25,643 nt of DNA from an uncultured Planctomycetia bacterium (GTDB taxonomy: Bacteria; Omnitrophota; Gorgyraeia; Tantalellales; Tantalellaceae): assembly GCA_964388645.1 (NCBI GenBank), contig CAYMBK010000031.1, positions 1 to 25,643 of the forward strand, in the 5' to 3' direction. How positions within the stretch are numbered: the stretch's first letter is position 1; each line of letters opens with the position of its first letter. Shown in pieces: positions 22,758-25,643 of this stretch. The position numbers were made by a program, and so were the translations under genes. The notes under the pieces were generated by a model. The model was not told the DNA's origin. It was given only the letters and a program-made list of their open reading frames with translations, and did no database searches.

Positions 22758-23203
22758 CCATAGGTGCGGATCACGGCGGATTCAGGTTAAAGAACTCTCT
22801 TGTTGAAAAACTTAAGAAGTGGGGATATGGAGTGTATGATGTGGGGACTCACAGCGAGGATGCGTGCGACTATCCGGAAGCCGGGTTCGAATGTGCCCTC
22901 AGGGTGTCCCGAAAAAAAGAACCGCGCGGAATACTGATATGTAGAACGGGGATAGGTATGGCAGTTATAGCCAATAAACTTTCCGGGGTCAGGGCGGGTG
23001 TCTGCTCGGGGGTTTCCGAAGCTATAAGCGCGAGGGAGCATAATGATATAAATGTGCTTGTCCTTGCCGCTGATGTGATATCCGAAAAGGATTCCGAAAA
23101 GATCGTTAAGGCCTGGCTTAGAACCCCGGCGCTAAAGGGACGGCACGCCAGGCGTGTGCGGCTCATAAAAGATTATGAGAAAAAAGTATTTAAAAAAACG
23201 TAG
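22742..23203 (+). CDS. rpiB: ribose-5-phosphate isomerase B
   Basis: [38 protein letters not shown]. Confidence 0.95.
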   Translation: MVGRIAIGADHGGFRLKNSLVEKLKKWGYGVYDVGTHSEDACDYPEAGFECALRVSRKKEPRGILICRTGIGMAVIANKLSGVRAGVCSGVSEAISAREHNDINVLVLAADVISEKDSEKIVKAWLRTPALKGRHARRVRLIKDYEKKVFKKT

Positions 23204-23233
23204 ATAGCATGGGCAAAAATATCGGGAGAAGAC

Positions 23234-24502
23234 ATGAAATACCTGTACAAGGAAGACCCTGAAATATTTTCAGCTATACTTGATGAGACCAGACGCGAGG
23301 AAGAGGGCATAGAGCTGATCGCAAGCGAAAACTTTGTTTCCAGAGCCGTCATGGAGGCGGTATCCTCGGTCATGACCAATAAATATGCCGAGGGATATCC
23401 CGGAGCCAGGTATTATGGGGGCTGTGATAAAGTGGATGTGGCTGAAAACATCGCGATACAGAGGGCTAAGGAACTTTTCGGCGCCGAGCATGTCAATGTG
23501 CAGCCTCATTCCGGGTCACAGGCCAACCTCGCGGTATATTATGCCGCGGTACAGCCCGGCGACACCGTTCTTGCGATGGACCTCGCCTGCGGAGGGCATC
23601 TAACCCATGGCCACCCGAAAAATTTTTCAGGAATGTACTACAACATGGTTTTTTACGGCGTTTCCGGAAAAAGTGAAATGCTGGATTTTGATGAGATAAG
23701 GGAAAAAGCGTTAAAGGCGAGGCCTAAGATGATAATAGCCGGAGCTTCGGCATATCCAAGAACAATAGATTTCGGCAAGTTCAGGGAAATATGCGACGAG
23801 ACAGGAGCTGTGCTGATGGTAGATATGGCTCACATAGCCGGGCTTGTGGCCGCGGGAGAACATCCTAATCCCGTCGAGGTCGCTGAGTTCGTCACCACTA
23901 CGACGCATAAAACACTCAGGGGGCCCAGATCGGGTATGGTCATGTGCCGTGAGCAATTCGCCAAGAAAATAAATTCTGTAGTGTTCCCGGGAATACAGGG
24001 CGGGCCGCTTATGCACGTCATCGCGGCGAAGGCAGTGGCTTTTAAAGAGGCGCTTAAACCGGAGTTTAAGGTTTATCAGAAAAAAGTCCTGGCTAACGCG
24101 ACGAAGTTATCAGAAGAGCTTGCCGCGCGTGGGTTCAGGATAGTGTCCGGAGGCACCGACAATCATTTAATGCTGGTTGACTTGACGGATAAGGGAGTAA
24201 GCGGTAAAGAAGCCGAGGTCTTGCTGGATAAGGCGGGGATAACAGTTAATAAAAACCTCATACCCTTTGACAAGAAAAGCCCCTTTGTGACAAGCGGGGT
24301 GCGGTTGGGAACACCCGCTGTGACTACAAGGGGAATGGGGGAGAAGGAAATGGGGGCAATAGCCTCTTTTATTGACCGGGCGATAGCGGCCGGCAATGAC
24401 GAAGACAAGCTTTCGGGCATAAGGAACGAAGTAAAAGAAATGCTGAAAAATTTCCCTCTTTATGCCGGACTTATAAAAGAGATGGAGAGTATAAAGCAAT
24501 GA
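23234..24502 (+). CDS. glyA: serine hydroxymethyltransferase
   Basis: [60 protein letters not shown]. Confidence 0.98.
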   Translation: MKYLYKEDPEIFSAILDETRREEEGIELIASENFVSRAVMEAVSSVMTNKYAEGYPGARYYGGCDKVDVAENIAIQRAKELFGAEHVNVQPHSGSQANLAVYYAAVQPGDTVLAMDLACGGHLTHGHPKNFSGMYYNMVFYGVSGKSEMLDFDEIREKALKARPKMIIAGASAYPRTIDFGKFREICDETGAVLMVDMAHIAGLVAAGEHPNPVEVAEFVTTTTHKTLRGPRSGMVMCREQFAKKINSVVFPGIQGGPLMHVIAAKAVAFKEALKPEFKVYQKKVLANATKLSEELAARGFRIVSGGTDNHLMLVDLTDKGVSGKEAEVLLDKAGITVNKNLIPFDKKSPFVTSGVRLGTPAVTTRGMGEKEMGAIASFIDRAIAAGNDEDKLSGIRNEVKEMLKNFPLYAGLIKEMESIKQ

Positions 24503-25011
24503 TCCTCAGGCAAAAAAAAGTGCGTAAAGCTAAAGCAAGGAATAAAGACGGCATTCGGACAAATAAAAAACGTCCCAGTTGGGATGAGTATTTTCTGAGT
24601 ATCGCCCATCTTGTGGCCACAAGGTCAACTTGTTTAAGAAGGCAGGTGGGAGCGGTGGTCGTTAAGAACAAGCAGATATTGGCGACCGGGTACAACGGCG
24701 CTCCCATGGGAATAACGCATTGTGACGAGGTGGGTTGTCTGAGGGAAAAAATGAATATACCCTCAGGGGAGAGGCATGAGCTTTGCCGGGCGCTCCATGC
24801 CGAGCAGAACGCTTTTTTGCAAGCGGCCCGGCACGGGGTGAACCTCGACGGGTCAGTTCTTTACGTTACGATCCAGCCATGCGCCATATGCGCGAAGATG
24901 ATAATAAACGCCGGAATAAAAAAGATAGTGATAGAGGGGGAATATCCGGACAGGTTCGCCCTGGGGTTTCTTGAGGATGCAGGTATCCAGATGGTGGTAA
25001 TGACCCGATGA
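24499..25011 (+). CDS. dCMP deaminase family (ComEB-like) cytidine/deoxycytidylate deaminase
   Basis: [35 protein letters not shown] zinc motifs. ATGA overlap with glyA. Confidence 0.93.
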   Translation: MILRQKKVRKAKARNKDGIRTNKKRPSWDEYFLSIAHLVATRSTCLRRQVGAVVVKNKQILATGYNGAPMGITHCDEVGCLREKMNIPSGERHELCRALHAEQNAFLQAARHGVNLDGSVLYVTIQPCAICAKMIINAGIKKIVIEGEYPDRFALGFLEDAGIQMVVMTR

Positions 25012-25457
25012 AGTGCCCTTTTTGCGCGCATATTGACGACAAGGTAATAGATTCCAGAATGAGTGCCGAGGGTTTGAGTATCCGCAGAAGGCGTGAATGC
25101 CTTAAGTGCGGGAAAAGGTTTACTACGTACGAGTATGTGGAAAACGCTCCCATGATGGTGGTCAAGCGCGACGGAACACGCAAAAGGTTTGACATGGAAA
25201 AGATCAAAGACGGCATAATTAAGGCCTGTGAGAAGCGCCCGGTGAGTGTGGATAAGATAGAGGAGATAGCCGAAGAGATATCCAAAGAGGTGCACAAAAA
25301 AGCTGAAAGAGAAGTAAAGACCACGCTTATAGGCAAGATGGTAATGGATAAATTGTACGAGCTTGACGAGGTAGCTTATGTCAGATTTGCCTCAGTGTAC
25401 AGAAGATTTAAAGACGTCTCCCACTTCAAAAAAGAACTCGAAAAATTCCTCGGGTAA
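25008..25457 (+). CDS. nrdR: transcriptional repressor NrdR
   Basis: [31 protein letters not shown] cone (VVKRDG...F...K), [10 protein letters not shown]. Confidence 0.97.
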   Translation: MKCPFCAHIDDKVIDSRMSAEGLSIRRRRECLKCGKRFTTYEYVENAPMMVVKRDGTRKRFDMEKIKDGIIKACEKRPVSVDKIEEIAEEISKEVHKKAEREVKTTLIGKMVMDKLYELDEVAYVRFASVYRRFKDVSHFKKELEKFLG

Positions 25458-25467
25458 CCCGCAGTCC

Positions 25468-25563
25468 CGCGCCACAGCCTGGCCACTAACTTGTGACAAA
25501 CAGCGGTGTAGGGGCCTGACCCCTGACTGGCACTAACTTGCGCGCCACAGCCTGGCCACTAAC
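25468..25563. repeat. short direct-repeat/palindrome cluster (REP/BIME-like)
   Basis: CGCGCCACAGCCTGGCCACTAAC is exact at 25468-25490 and 25541-25563. A partial CTGGCACTAACTTG sits at 25527-25540 and the palindrome AGGGG-CCTGA-CCCCT at 25510-25524. Confidence 0.75.
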
Positions 25564-25643
25564 CTGCACCCGCGCGGCCTCTTCGATCTTTCCCCGCGGG
25601 AATTTTCTCACGCCTTTCTCCGTCCATTTTTAGATCTTGCGAA

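Noticed and set aside
25468-25563. CRISPR array
   Set aside because: Only two full repeats, the 50-nt spacer itself contains a partial repeat, and there are no cas genes in the window.
25564-25643. Possible 3' end of a minus-strand gene at the window edge
   Set aside because: The sequence is too short to choose a frame or a product.

Overview
Bacterial chromosomal window in three parts. (1) 1-7.5 kb: envelope and signalling genes. These are an STT3/AglB/PglB-family oligosaccharyltransferase whose WWDxG motif reads WWPPG, a lipoprotein S41 protease lacking the usual catalytic Lys, a TPR-zinc metallopeptidase, a FecR-domain protein and a receiver/pseudo-receiver protein. (2) 7.7-17.8 kb: initiator tRNA-fMet, then an accessory stretch with a small membrane protein, a T4 Imm-type superinfection immunity gene, REP-like repeats and one 2784-aa ORF. 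That ORF has an export-like N-terminus and a transmembrane block. It also carries an orphan sigma region 4, a near-complete RpoD-like sigma70 core, two SAM-methyltransferase folds, a nitrilase-fold domain, a histidine-kinase ATPase module and a Cys-His-Asp transglutaminase/papain-like domain, joined by repeated linkers. (3) 18.1-25.5 kb: housekeeping cluster purB-purM-purD-purE-LMW phosphatase-rpiB-glyA-dCMP deaminase-nrdR. The style of the giant protein suggests Ca. Omnitrophota; this is inference, not a computed assignment. All domain calls come from reading motifs by eye and need HMM or structure confirmation.
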